This document shows, one piece after another, positions 1 to 8,537 of a stretch of DNA of 64,000 nt (within the stretch, counting starts at the first letter, position 1; each line of letters opens with the position of its first letter). This DNA is from Candidatus Dojkabacteria bacterium (GTDB lineage Bacteria > Patescibacteriota > Dojkabacteria > SC72): assembly GCA_018056375.1 (NCBI GenBank), contig JAGPFQ010000001.1:39995-103994 (forward strand). Direction: 5' to 3'. Position numbers and translations under genes: made by a program. The notes beneath the pieces are model-generated. The model saw nothing but the letters and a program-made list of their open reading frames with translations. It did no database searches and had not been told where the DNA came from.

Positions 1-246
1 TTCTATACTGGTTCACAGAAAGAATGTAATGCTTGGTGTATACAGAGAGGTGCTACTGCTAAGGAAGCTGCTGGTGCTATCCATACAGATTTAGAACATG
101 GTTTTATAACAGCAGATATCGTGAATGTGGATGATATGATTGATGCTGGTGGTTGGGCAGAAGCCAAGGAGAAGGGGATTGTAAAGAATGTAGGGAAAGA
201 TCATATTATTGAAGATGGTGATTATATGCTAGTATTAGCTAATTAA
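1..246 (+). CDS. ychF: Ribosome-binding ATPase YchF, C-terminal fragment (5' end outside window)
   Basis: Frame-1 translation ...RGATAKEAAGAIHTDLEHGFITADIVNVDDMIDAGGWAEAKEKGIVKNVGKDHIIEDGDYMLVLAN* matches the conserved YchF C-terminal TGS-domain region (E. coli ...[23 protein letters not shown]...GKDYIVKDGDVM...); stop TAA 244-246. Confidence 0.8.
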   Translation, partial: FYTGSQKECNAWCIQRGATAKEAAGAIHTDLEHGFITADIVNVDDMIDAGGWAEAKEKGIVKNVGKDHIIEDGDYMLVLAN

Positions 247-248
247 GT

Positions 249-2054
249 ATGGAAACGACTGAAACTACATTCAATACAGAATTTATTGACAATGCAGTTG
301 AAAAACAACCATATTTAGATACTCCCACTCAGGGAGCATTAGAAAAGTGGTGTAAAGCGAATGACTCCATAATGCCTGTTTTTGTAGATAGAGAAGAGTG
401 GGCAAAAAGAAAAGAAGAAGGCACTATATTGGAAATACAATCTAATAAAAGAGGCGTAGATAAGCATAACTTGTATCTTGCTAACGATTTAAATATCATT
501 GAGATGATAGATATTGTTAGTGCAGTTGATAAAGATACATTTAAAGATAATCCAGAACTAGCTACCCAAGGTATCGAGAAGATTCAAAAGTTAGCAGAGA
601 CATTCAAGAAAGCAGGAGTGTATATAGATCAAAACATTGATTATGTAAATGAGGGTAAGAAGATAGCAGAGGAACTATCTAAGAAATTTTTCAATTATGG
701 TCTATCTCTTGAGGGTAGGATAATGGAGATAATAGGGAAAGATGAATCTACCATTCCAACAGTTTTAAGTGAATCTGAGAAAAGAGAATTAGATAAATGG
801 TTAATAGGAGAGGAGATATATTACAATGTAATGAGTCGATTAGGTCCTAATCCGTCTCAGGAAGATATTGATAGGGAGAGGGGAAGATACTTCAGGGGGT
901 ATTTCAAAGCATTATCAGCTAAGGGTTTTAAGAGTAATGATTTTGAGAGGAGTGATGGATTAGCAGCTAAGATACAAGGAGAAACAAGGAATGGAATTCT
1001 ACGGGAGTTGAATAAAGCAGATGGAGTATATGAGGCGATATTTAGAAGAGGAGAGAAAGAGTTGATGGAGGGAATGAAAGTTCCTCTAACTTCAAAAAAT
1101 ATTTGGGAAAAACTAGGGAATATAGCAAAGACAATCTTTCAAGTAGATCGTCAAAAGCTCTATGACTATTTAGAGATTCCTAGGTTAAAAGAAGAATTGG
1201 CGGAAGTAAGGAGTAGAGGTAATTTATGGGAGATATCAGAGACAGAATATAAAATAGCTGGAAAAATAAGAAGAGAGGTTAATAGATATCAATATCGTGG
1301 TGATGCAATGAAACCTTCAAAGATTGTTAAAAATAATTATGTAAATTGTTTAGGGTCTACATTACTTGGTACTAGTTTTCTAGATGAAGTTGGGATTAAG
1401 TATCTGTGTGTTACCCCTCCTAAGCATTCGATGACATTTTTGGTAACTAGTGACAGGAGGTTGTATTGGCAAGACTTTACTCCAAGTGGAGATTCTTACA
1501 ATGGTTGGAAAGTAATAGAAGGTTTCTTTGAAGGAAATCCGAACATTTTGAAACTTGCAGAAAACTTTAGTTCTTTTGATATTGTGTATAGAACTACTCG
1601 AGAGCGTTACAACATATCAAGTTCTATGGATGGTAAGATTAGTACTCTTTTAGGTAATCTAGGTGTGATTTTATCTCAAAAGGGAAGAGATAAGGAAGCT
1701 GTGGTGATGTTTAAAAAAGCGTTAGAACTCAATCCAAAGGAATCTTTCTATTATAATGCTCTAGGTATGAGTTTAGGTCAGACAGAAAGGTATCGGGAAG
1801 CGAAGGAGATGCTTGATAAGGCAATAGAGCTAGACCCAACAGATTATTTACCTTACTATAGTTTAGGTTTTATTTTTGCTGACTTGAAAAAGTACAATCA
1901 TGCAGTAAAGGCACTAAAAAAGGGTCTAGAGTTGGATCAAGAGTCATCTCGTTTAAGTAAGCTGTTACTTAAGCAGTTATGTAATGTCCTCGAGCGTCTT
2001 AATAAATATGAAGAATCAAAAAGAGATGGTAAGGGCTTGGAAAATAAGGAGTAG
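249..2054 (+). CDS. Hypothetical protein with transglutaminase-like Cys-His-Asp core and C-terminal TPR repeats
   Basis: 601-aa ORF; middle segment NCLGSTLL...GIKYLCVT...HSMTFLV...WQDFTP has the spacing/pattern of transglutaminase-like cysteine protease fold (C...H...D); C-terminal ~150 aa are 3-4 TPR-like repeats (ALELNPKESFYYNALG..., AIELDPTDYLPYYSLG...). Confidence 0.5.
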   Translation: METTETTFNTEFIDNAVEKQPYLDTPTQGALEKWCKANDSIMPVFVDREEWAKRKEEGTILEIQSNKRGVDKHNLYLANDLNIIEMIDIVSAVDKDTFKDNPELATQGIEKIQKLAETFKKAGVYIDQNIDYVNEGKKIAEELSKKFFNYGLSLEGRIMEIIGKDESTIPTVLSESEKRELDKWLIGEEIYYNVMSRLGPNPSQEDIDRERGRYFRGYFKALSAKGFKSNDFERSDGLAAKIQGETRNGILRELNKADGVYEAIFRRGEKELMEGMKVPLTSKNIWEKLGNIAKTIFQVDRQKLYDYLEIPRLKEELAEVRSRGNLWEISETEYKIAGKIRREVNRYQYRGDAMKPSKIVKNNYVNCLGSTLLGTSFLDEVGIKYLCVTPPKHSMTFLVTSDRRLYWQDFTPSGDSYNGWKVIEGFFEGNPNILKLAENFSSFDIVYRTTRERYNISSSMDGKISTLLGNLGVILSQKGRDKEAVVMFKKALELNPKESFYYNALGMSLGQTERYREAKEMLDKAIELDPTDYLPYYSLGFIFADLKKYNHAVKALKKGLELDQESSRLSKLLLKQLCNVLERLNKYEESKRDGKGLENKE

Positions 2055-2151
2055 CAATAAACTCTTCTTTTTCTTGCTTTGTGTCTCTGTTGTCTTCTTT
2101 TATATTTTCTGCTAAAATCCTTCAGTGTTAATTTAATAAATATTATGAAAG

Positions 2152-2496
2152 GTGAGTAAAGAATTGAACGATTACGAGATGATGTTGGCTCTTAAGCCAT
2201 TGTTACCTGATGATTTAAGAAAGAAGTTGCACAAAGAGTTTGTTGCATTTGTTCAAGAATCTGGTGGTGAGGTTTTAGATGCTGATGTTTGGGGAAAGAG
2301 ATATCTAGCATATCCTATTAAAGGTCATAATGAAGGTTATTACATAATTTATGACTTTAAGATAGGTCCAGAATATATTGCAGAAATCAAGAGGACTATG
2401 CAATTGAAGCAAGAAGTTTTAAAATTTATGGTAATTAAGTTGGAAAATGCTGATAAGGTAAGGAAAAGTATAAAGAAGAAAGAAATTGAGATTTAA
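2152..2496 (+). CDS. rpsF: 30S ribosomal protein S6
   Basis: NDYEMMLALKP...GGEVLDADVWGKRYLAYPIKGHNEGYYIIYDF aligns with S6 family (YE..fi......GG.i.....wG.r.LAY.I.....G.Y); GTG at 2152 or TTG at 2164 as start, AAAGG RBS upstream; classic rpsF-ssb-rpsR order. Confidence 0.85.
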   Translation: MSKELNDYEMMLALKPLLPDDLRKKLHKEFVAFVQESGGEVLDADVWGKRYLAYPIKGHNEGYYIIYDFKIGPEYIAEIKRTMQLKQEVLKFMVIKLENADKVRKSIKKKEIEI

Positions 2497-2556
2497 TCTA
2501 GATTTAATAATTGTAAGGTATAGTTATAGGTAAGTTAAATTATTATTTTTAAACAT

Positions 2557-3036
2557 ATGGCGGTAAGATCGTTAAATAAGGTTACCTTAATAGGGAATCT
2601 AACAAGAGACCCAGAGATGAGGTATACAAACTCTGGTGTCCCAGTTGTGACATTCGGCATGGCTACAAACAAGTCATGGAAGGATGAAGAGGGTGAGGTT
2701 AAGGAATTGGCAGAATTCCATAACTTAGTTGCATGGAACAAGATGGCTGAGATTTGCCAGCAGTTACTTGCAAAAGGTATGAAGGTGTATGTCGAAGGCT
2801 CTTTGAATACCAGGTCTTGGGAAGCAGAGGATGGTTCTACAAGATACAAAACAGAGATTAGAGTTGAGGATATGATTCTTTTAGACAGTAAGGGAAAACA
2901 GGGAGTAGGAATGGATGAAGATGAAGCTCCTAAGGAAGACGAGAAAGTAGAGAAGAAGTCTAAAAAAGAGGATAAGGAAGAAGAAGTTGAAGAACAGGAA
3001 GATCAGGATCCTTTAGAAGAGGATTTACCATTTTAA
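2557..3036 (+). CDS. ssb: Single-stranded DNA-binding protein
   Basis: OB-fold N-terminus (VTLIGNLTRDPEMRYTNSGVPVVTFGMATN...), Gly/acidic-rich linker and canonical acidic tail ...EEDLPF; sits between rpsF and rpsR. Confidence 0.9.
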   Translation: MAVRSLNKVTLIGNLTRDPEMRYTNSGVPVVTFGMATNKSWKDEEGEVKELAEFHNLVAWNKMAEICQQLLAKGMKVYVEGSLNTRSWEAEDGSTRYKTEIRVEDMILLDSKGKQGVGMDEDEAPKEDEKVEKKSKKEDKEEEVEEQEDQDPLEEDLPF

Positions 3037-3055
3037 TTTAGTTACTATTTAAGGA

Positions 3056-3397
3056 ATGTCAGAGGAAGTAAAAGATAAAGAAATGGAAAATACAGTTTCT
3101 TTAAATGATGTTTATGATGATAAGAGTATAACAGAGGAAGATGGTTATACTATGCAGAAGAAGAAACCCAGAAGAAAGAGGAGAATTATTCAAAACTTGA
3201 AATGTCCTCTCTGTGAATCTGGAGTTAAAGAAGTTACATATAAAGATGTGTACCAGTTGAAGAAGTTTACTTCTGTGAGAGGTAAGATGATTTCAACAGA
3301 AAAGTCTGGAGTATGTCATAAGCATCAAAGACAGGTTAAGTTGGCTGTAAAAAGAGCTAGGTATATGGCTTTACTTCCTTATGCTTCTAATGATTAG
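3056..3397 (+). CDS. rpsR: 30S ribosomal protein S18 (true start probably internal ATG at 3152)
   Basis: C-terminal 81 aa (MQKKKPRRKRRIIQNLKCPLCESG...YKDVYQLKKFTSVRGKMIS...HQRQVKLAVKRARYMALLPY) match S18 over full length; AGAGGAAG SD 11 nt before ATG 3152; upstream 32 codons are acidic and unlike S18. Confidence 0.85.
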   Translation: MSEEVKDKEMENTVSLNDVYDDKSITEEDGYTMQKKKPRRKRRIIQNLKCPLCESGVKEVTYKDVYQLKKFTSVRGKMISTEKSGVCHKHQRQVKLAVKRARYMALLPYASND

Positions 3398-3424
3398 TTA
3401 GTAAGTTAATTGGGAATTGAGGGA

Positions 3425-3455
3425 GAGGTCGAAAGACCTCTCTTTTTATTTGACA
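3425..3455 (+). terminator. Rho-independent terminator after rpsR
   Basis: GGGAGAGGTC-GAAA-GACCTCTC stem-loop followed by TTTTTATTT. Confidence 0.6.
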
Positions 3456-3487
3456 GTTCCATTGGGTTTAGATTAAACTTTACTATT

Positions 3488-3706
3488 ATGAAATACCCAG
3501 TAAAAATACAGAACAGAATTAAGAGAGTAGAAGGGCAAGTGAGTGGTGTTAAGAATATGATAGTAAAGGGAGATAGTGATACTAGGGTAATGACTCAACT
3601 TCAAGCATGTATATCTTCTTTAGAAAGTCTCAAGATAGAGTTGGTGAAGCAACAGATGAAAGAATCAATGTTGGAAGATATCAAAGAGACCCTTGGAATG
3701 AAGTAG
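3488..3706 (+). CDS. CsoR/RcnR/FrmR-family (DUF156) regulator-like protein lacking canonical Cys-His-Cys metal ligands
   Basis: ORF 3410..3706 spans the rpsR terminator, so start set at ATG 3488; VKIQNRIKRVEGQVSGVKNMI...TQLQACISSLESLKIELVKQQ matches the RLxRIEGQxRGxxxM signature helix of DUF156, but C36/H61/C65 equivalents are T/Q/E. Confidence 0.45.
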   Translation: MKYPVKIQNRIKRVEGQVSGVKNMIVKGDSDTRVMTQLQACISSLESLKIELVKQQMKESMLEDIKETLGMK

Positions 3707-3777
3707 AAATATTCTAAAACTGCCCATGGAAATTTGGTATACTTAGTAATACCTGTATTTATTTTAGTCATACTAGT

Positions 3778-4428
3778 ATGAAGATTAAAAAAATTGGCTG
3801 GACAACATTCCTAATCACTTCAAATGAACTTTCTATCATCACTGATCCACTTTTACTCAAGGAATCGGGTGCAAGTTTTCCCAAAACAGAAGCAGATGTT
3901 GTTCTGTTTACAGAATATGATACTCCTATGAATGGAGAGAGTATCTTGAAAAAGTATTCTTTGGATGAAAAGGTTGTTCCTGGAAAAAGAGGTGAGATAA
4001 TAGAGATTCATACTCCCGGAGAGTATGAGGTAGGTGGTGTAATGATAAGAAGAGGTTTAGATGAAGACTTTTACATTATAGATGAGAAAAACTTAAGGGC
4101 TTTATATATGGGAATTGTTAGAAAAGATTTTGATCCTGATTCTGTAAAAGACTTAGGTGATGTTGATGCATTGATAGTTCCTGTTGGTAATGGTGAAGAA
4201 TATCTTGACTATGACAAGCTTGATAAGATAATTTCAAATGTAGACCCTGCAGTGTTAATACCTTGTGCATACAAAGGAGAAAAGAAGGATGGTACAGGAC
4301 TAAAGAGTAGAGAGGAGTTTATTAAACATTTTGGATATACAAATGTGAGTGATGAAGGGTTTGTTAATCTTGCAAGAAGAAGAGTAGAGGAGGAGGGAAA
4401 GAGTGTTGAAGTAGTATTTCTTAAATAA
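3778..4428 (+). CDS. MBL-fold (UPF0173-like) protein with degenerate metal-binding motif
   Basis: N-terminus MKIKKIGWTTFLITSNELSIITDPLL resembles MBL-fold hydrolases (MKITWLGHS.FLIE...ILIDPF), but the HxHxDH position reads FTEYDT; likely non-catalytic. Confidence 0.35.
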   Translation: MKIKKIGWTTFLITSNELSIITDPLLLKESGASFPKTEADVVLFTEYDTPMNGESILKKYSLDEKVVPGKRGEIIEIHTPGEYEVGGVMIRRGLDEDFYIIDEKNLRALYMGIVRKDFDPDSVKDLGDVDALIVPVGNGEEYLDYDKLDKIISNVDPAVLIPCAYKGEKKDGTGLKSREEFIKHFGYTNVSDEGFVNLARRRVEEEGKSVEVVFLK

Positions 4429-4437
4429 AAAGAGAAA

Positions 4438-5757
4438 ATGAAAGATAAGCTACCACCACAAAATATAGATGTTGAGAAATCACTCCTAGGATGTATGTTG
4501 ATGGATAAAGATGCCATTATTACAGTATCCTCTTGGCTTCTTCCAGGGCATTTCTATGATGCTAAACATGTAATCATATATTCAGCCATAATGGATCTTT
4601 TCAACAATGCTCTACCTGTAGACTTGGTGACAGTTGTTGACAAATTAAAGAAACAGAAGAAACTAACAGCAGCAGGAGGTGCAAGTTATGTGGCAGAATT
4701 AATGACAACCATTGCTACATCTACACATGCGGAAGAGTATGCCGAGATAATTAAAGAGAGTGCGGTAAGAAGAGGATTGATAGCTGCTGCAGGTCATATT
4801 AAGGAGATTGCTTTTGATGAGGACAAACCAATTGATGAAGTAATAGATAAATCAGAAAAGGAAATTTTTGATGTCGCACAGACAGGTACAAAGGTTAATT
4901 TTGTACATATTAAAGACCTTTTGAAAGAAGCATATGAGAGAGCTGAGAGAGCAGATAAGGATGAATCATATTTAGGAGTATCTACTGGCTTTAAAGATTT
5001 AGATGAACTTCTGGGTGGTTTCCAAAAATCAGACTTAATTATCTTAGCTGCAAGACCTTCTGTAGGTAAAACAGCATTAGCTTTGGATATGATGAGACAT
5101 GCAGCATTGGTTGAAAAGAAAACAGTTGCATTTTTCTCACTGGAAATGTCTAAGACACAGATTATGGAAAGGTTCTTAGGTATGCAATCTGGTATACCTT
5201 TTTGGGAGATTAGGACAGGTAGATTAACTGAGAAGAAGTTTATGAAATTAGCTAGTACAATGGGTGAATTAGGTGATGCAAACATATATATTGATGACCA
5301 AGCGGGACAACATATTAACTCTCTTAGAACAAAAGCAAGAAGATTAGCTCTTGAAAGTGATTTAGATATTATTTTTGTTGACTATCTTCAGCTTATGCAG
5401 GGTAATAATAGGGAGAGTAGGACATTGGAAGTTGGAGAGATATCACAAGGTTTAAAGAATATTGCAAAGGAATTAGATGTTCCTGTAGTTGCTCTGTCTC
5501 AGCTTTCAAGAGCTATTGAACAGAGGCAGAGTAGGAGACCACAGCTTTCAGATCTTAGAGAATCTGGCTCTATAGAACAGGATGCTGATGTTGTTATGTT
5601 TATCGATAGAGAAGAAACATGGAATCCTGAAACGGAAAACAAGGGAACAGGTGATCTTATTGTAGCAAAACATAGAAATGGTCCAACTGGAGATATTAAG
5701 TTAGCATTTATTCCTGAAATCGCTAGCTTCAGAAATTTGTATAGGGCTAAAAAGTAA
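4438..5757 (+). CDS. dnaB: Replicative DNA helicase DnaB
   Basis: N-terminal DnaB domain (EKSLLGCMLMD..., IYSAIMDLF), Walker A AARPSVGKTALALDM, RecA-like core with LSQLSRAIEQR and arginine finger region; 439 aa. Confidence 0.92.
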   Translation: MKDKLPPQNIDVEKSLLGCMLMDKDAIITVSSWLLPGHFYDAKHVIIYSAIMDLFNNALPVDLVTVVDKLKKQKKLTAAGGASYVAELMTTIATSTHAEEYAEIIKESAVRRGLIAAAGHIKEIAFDEDKPIDEVIDKSEKEIFDVAQTGTKVNFVHIKDLLKEAYERAERADKDESYLGVSTGFKDLDELLGGFQKSDLIILAARPSVGKTALALDMMRHAALVEKKTVAFFSLEMSKTQIMERFLGMQSGIPFWEIRTGRLTEKKFMKLASTMGELGDANIYIDDQAGQHINSLRTKARRLALESDLDIIFVDYLQLMQGNNRESRTLEVGEISQGLKNIAKELDVPVVALSQLSRAIEQRQSRRPQLSDLRESGSIEQDADVVMFIDREETWNPETENKGTGDLIVAKHRNGPTGDIKLAFIPEIASFRNLYRAKK

Positions 5758-5800
5758 GAAATCTTCCCAAAGACATGTTTTCTTAGTATAATGCAACAAC

Positions 5801-5887
5801 GGTCGAGTGGTGGAACTGGCAGACACGCGGGACTCAAAATCCCGTGCTAGCAATAGCATGAGGGTTCGATTCCCTCCTCGACCACCA
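5801..5887 (+). tRNA. tRNA-Leu (anticodon CAA), CCA encoded
   Basis: Hand-folded cloverleaf: acceptor GGTCGAG/CTCGACC, D-stem GTG/CAC with loop GAACTGGCAGA, anticodon stem CGGGA/TCCCG with loop CTCAAAA (anticodon CAA), 17-nt long variable arm, T-arm GAGGG-TTCGATT-CCCTC, discriminator A then CCA; TATAAT -10 box at ~5785-5790. Confidence 0.85.
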
Positions 5888-5906
5888 TAAAATAAGTAGA
5901 AATATT

Positions 5907-6647
5907 ATGGAAAAAGCAATTTTAGATTTTCTAGATGGTGTGACTAAGATAAACTTTGGTTTTGTCTGGTCTCTGTTTGGTGTTGCACTACTTGCATTCT
6001 GGTTGGTGGTTTTGTATTGGGTTTGGTTGGATTCTGGGGATAGGATTACAAATAAAGGGGTCAGGATAGCATATGTTTTTTTAACAGCAGTACTTTTTGT
6101 GCCTGGTTTAATAATATATCTACTAATCAGACCTAGCCAAACAATAGAAGAAATATATTGGGCTGATTTAGAGAGAAGATATCTTAAATATGAGACTGCA
6201 GAATTAGGTGACTGTCCAAGATGTGGAGCACAACTCTATCCAGGTTTTACTTTCTGTCCAGATTGTAGATTGAGACTTAAGATTAAATGCTCTGTTTGTG
6301 AAGTTGAAATGGATAAGAAATATAAATATTGTCCATCCTGTGGTAATGAAATGCACAAGAGAGTAAAGAAAATTGAAGAGGAAGCACCTTCTAGGGAAGT
6401 TATGCAAGAGCATATTCAGGCATCTAAAGATGAAGCAACAGAAGTAGTAGAGTCTAAGAAAGTAAGATATTCTGAGAGAAAAGGGATAGCTGTTGAATTA
6501 GGGGATAAGTTAATTTCTCTTTATAATAAAGTTTTTAAAAAGAAAGAAAATAAAGAAGTAAAAGATACAGGGGAAGAAAATAAGGAGAAAGAAGTATCCC
6601 AACCTAAGAAAAAAGGAAAGAAGAAAAAACATAAAAGGAGGGGATAA
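5907..6647 (+). CDS. Membrane protein with double zinc-ribbon and lysine-rich tail
   Basis: Two N-terminal TM helices, then CPRCGAQL...FCPDCRL...CSVCEV...CPSCGNEM (four CxxC pairs), then K/E-rich C-terminus. Confidence 0.5.
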   Translation: MEKAILDFLDGVTKINFGFVWSLFGVALLAFWLVVLYWVWLDSGDRITNKGVRIAYVFLTAVLFVPGLIIYLLIRPSQTIEEIYWADLERRYLKYETAELGDCPRCGAQLYPGFTFCPDCRLRLKIKCSVCEVEMDKKYKYCPSCGNEMHKRVKKIEEEAPSREVMQEHIQASKDEATEVVESKKVRYSERKGIAVELGDKLISLYNKVFKKKENKEVKDTGEENKEKEVSQPKKKGKKKKHKRRG

Positions 6648-6682
6648 GATATTTCTTCTTTTGTGTTATCATTTAATTACAT

Positions 6683-7522
6683 ATGTTTGCAAATATAATT
6701 AATTCTGTAAAAGGTTTCATTTCTACACTTAACCCATTTTTGGGCTTAATATTGATTTTTCTTTTAGGTCTTTTTGTTTTTTGGAAGGAATCTTCTAGGA
6801 GTAGAAAAAACAATTCTTCTGTCTTTGATATATTTTTCATATCGGTAATAATCGGTATTTTAGTTGGTCGATTAGTATATGTAGTATCTAATTGGAGTAG
6901 TGAATATTCTTCTCTCCCTTGGTATTGGTTACCGTATGAGAGATATGGGGATGATGTATATCTCTTTAGACTGTTGCCTTGGAAACTTCTGAAAATTTGG
7001 GATGGTCAGTTAGATATTCTGTTTACCTTTTTAGGGATAATTTTGATGCAAACGATATCTGTTCTTTTCCTAAAGAAGTGGAAATGGGGGGATCTTTTTC
7101 CTCCAATATATCTTTCAAACTGGGTAATGATGGGACTCTCTTACTTTTTTGTTGGAATTCAGAGTGGGAACAATCTTTGGCTTAAACAAGGATGGATAAT
7201 ATTAATACCTTTTGTTGTATTTATAATACTTCAGGCGATAATTCATAAAGTTTATCTAGGCAGTAAGAAAGAAGAGGTAAGTAGAATTTTGTACATACTG
7301 TTTGCAGTTGTAGCACTTTTTGTAATAGGGTATGTATATATTTCTCTTTCTCTTACAACATTAACAACCATAGGTTTTGTAATACTAAGTATTTGGTATG
7401 TTGCAGGAATCATTGCTTACATAATTAGTTCTAGGAAAGAGGGGAATGTTACAATTAAAACAGTTTCTTCTGTAAGGCAAGTATCGCTTCCTGAAGTTAG
7501 TAAGCCAGTAAGATTAAATTGA
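6683..7522 (+). CDS. Polytopic membrane protein, weakly prolipoprotein diacylglyceryl transferase (Lgt)-like
   Basis: ~7 TM helices, 279 aa; VGRLVYV...SE(Y) and IWDGQLDILFTFLGIIL loosely resemble Lgt GRxGNF...E and IWxGGxxxxGG segments; not a clean PS01311 match. Confidence 0.35.
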   Translation: MFANIINSVKGFISTLNPFLGLILIFLLGLFVFWKESSRSRKNNSSVFDIFFISVIIGILVGRLVYVVSNWSSEYSSLPWYWLPYERYGDDVYLFRLLPWKLLKIWDGQLDILFTFLGIILMQTISVLFLKKWKWGDLFPPIYLSNWVMMGLSYFFVGIQSGNNLWLKQGWIILIPFVVFIILQAIIHKVYLGSKKEEVSRILYILFAVVALFVIGYVYISLSLTTLTTIGFVILSIWYVAGIIAYIISSRKEGNVTIKTVSSVRQVSLPEVSKPVRLN

Positions 7523-7528
7523 TAATGT

Positions 7529-8521
7529 ATGGAAGTTGTAGTATCTCAAGAACATGTTGGAAAGAGAGCAGATGTTTTTGTCCTCTCTCATCTCAAGTTA
7601 GACGGTTTTACAACTTTAACAAGGTCTTCTCTTCATAAGTATTGGGAGGATCTAGTCAGAGTAAATGGTAAAGATGCTAAACAATCTCTCAAGTTAAAAG
7701 AAGGTGATAGGGTAGATATATCAAAAGAGCTACTTCTTGAAAGTATGGAGAAAGAAATTTCAAGCTCTATAATATTACCACAGAAGGGTAGTCTGGATAT
7801 TGTTTTTGAAGATAGATATTGCTTAGTTGTAAACAAAAAAGCAGGGGTTGTTGTACATCCAGGTTCTGGGAACAGTGAGAACACTCTTTCAAATTATGTG
7901 GTTTGGTATCTACAAAACAAAGGAGAATATTGTAGGAATATTAAAAGAGGTGGTGTTGTACATAGGTTGGATAAAGGGGTCTCAGGGTTAATTCTTTTTG
8001 CTAAGACTTTGGAAGCACAACAGTTTTTTCAAAAACAGTTTGAAACACAAAAGGTTGAGAAACTTTACAAAGCTAAAGTGGAGGGTAAAGTTTTCCCTGC
8101 AGTATTAAGTGAACTTTTAGGTAGTAAGAATATGAATTTAAAGAAGGAAATTGAGAAATTAGAGAAGTATAATTTTGTTTGTGATGCATCTTGGGCAAGG
8201 GTGGAAGGATATATACAGAGAAGTAACAAGAATAGGATGAAGATGTTTTTTACTCCTCTAAAAAGATCCTATGGAAATGGTAAGTTAGCCATTAGTTATA
8301 TTAAACCTTTGAGTAAAGAAGAGCTTTTAATTAAAATCGAAACAGGTAGGATGCATCAGATAAGAGCAACTTTAGAATATTTAGGATTAAATATCTTAGG
8401 AGATACTCTCTATTCAACTAAGAATGGTAAGGGAGGTATCCCTGAGAAAATCGAGCTAGAATCAATATTATTATCTTTAGAAAATCCTGATGGAGAGAGA
8501 ATGACTTTTAAACTTTACTAA
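7529..8521 (+). CDS. RluA-family 23S rRNA pseudouridine synthase (RluD/RluC-like)
   Basis: S4-like N-terminus followed by catalytic motif VHRLDKGVSGLILFAKT and IVFEDRYCLVVNKKAGVVVHP. Confidence 0.8.
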   Translation: MEVVVSQEHVGKRADVFVLSHLKLDGFTTLTRSSLHKYWEDLVRVNGKDAKQSLKLKEGDRVDISKELLLESMEKEISSSIILPQKGSLDIVFEDRYCLVVNKKAGVVVHPGSGNSENTLSNYVVWYLQNKGEYCRNIKRGGVVHRLDKGVSGLILFAKTLEAQQFFQKQFETQKVEKLYKAKVEGKVFPAVLSELLGSKNMNLKKEIEKLEKYNFVCDASWARVEGYIQRSNKNRMKMFFTPLKRSYGNGKLAISYIKPLSKEELLIKIETGRMHQIRATLEYLGLNILGDTLYSTKNGKGGIPEKIELESILLSLENPDGERMTFKLY

Positions 8522-8537
8522 ATTAAAAACTTTAAAC

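Noticed and set aside
2535-2849. Antisense and overlapping ORFs from the six-frame track. Examples: 2535-2849(-), 4209-4517(-), 4794-5285(-), 5499-5837(-), 9236-9553(-), 15025-15288(-), 20328-20771(+), 35555-36058(+), 38487-38795(+), 54265-54576(+), 58706-59095(+).
   Set aside because: Each lies entirely inside, and antisense to, a long ORF with clear family signatures such as ssb, dnaB, gyrA/B and Clp. They have low-complexity Ser/Leu/Phe-rich translations typical of antisense AT-rich DNA and no RBS.
3056-3151. N-terminal 32-codon acidic extension of the rpsR ORF.
   Set aside because: S18 homology begins exactly at the internal Met (3152), which has an SD-like AGAGGAAG upstream. The extension is probably untranslated leader, though the longer ORF cannot be excluded.
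6979-7185. 68-aa ORF inside the Lgt-like membrane gene in another frame.
   Set aside because: It is fully embedded in a longer ORF with a consistent TM-helix pattern and has no independent support.
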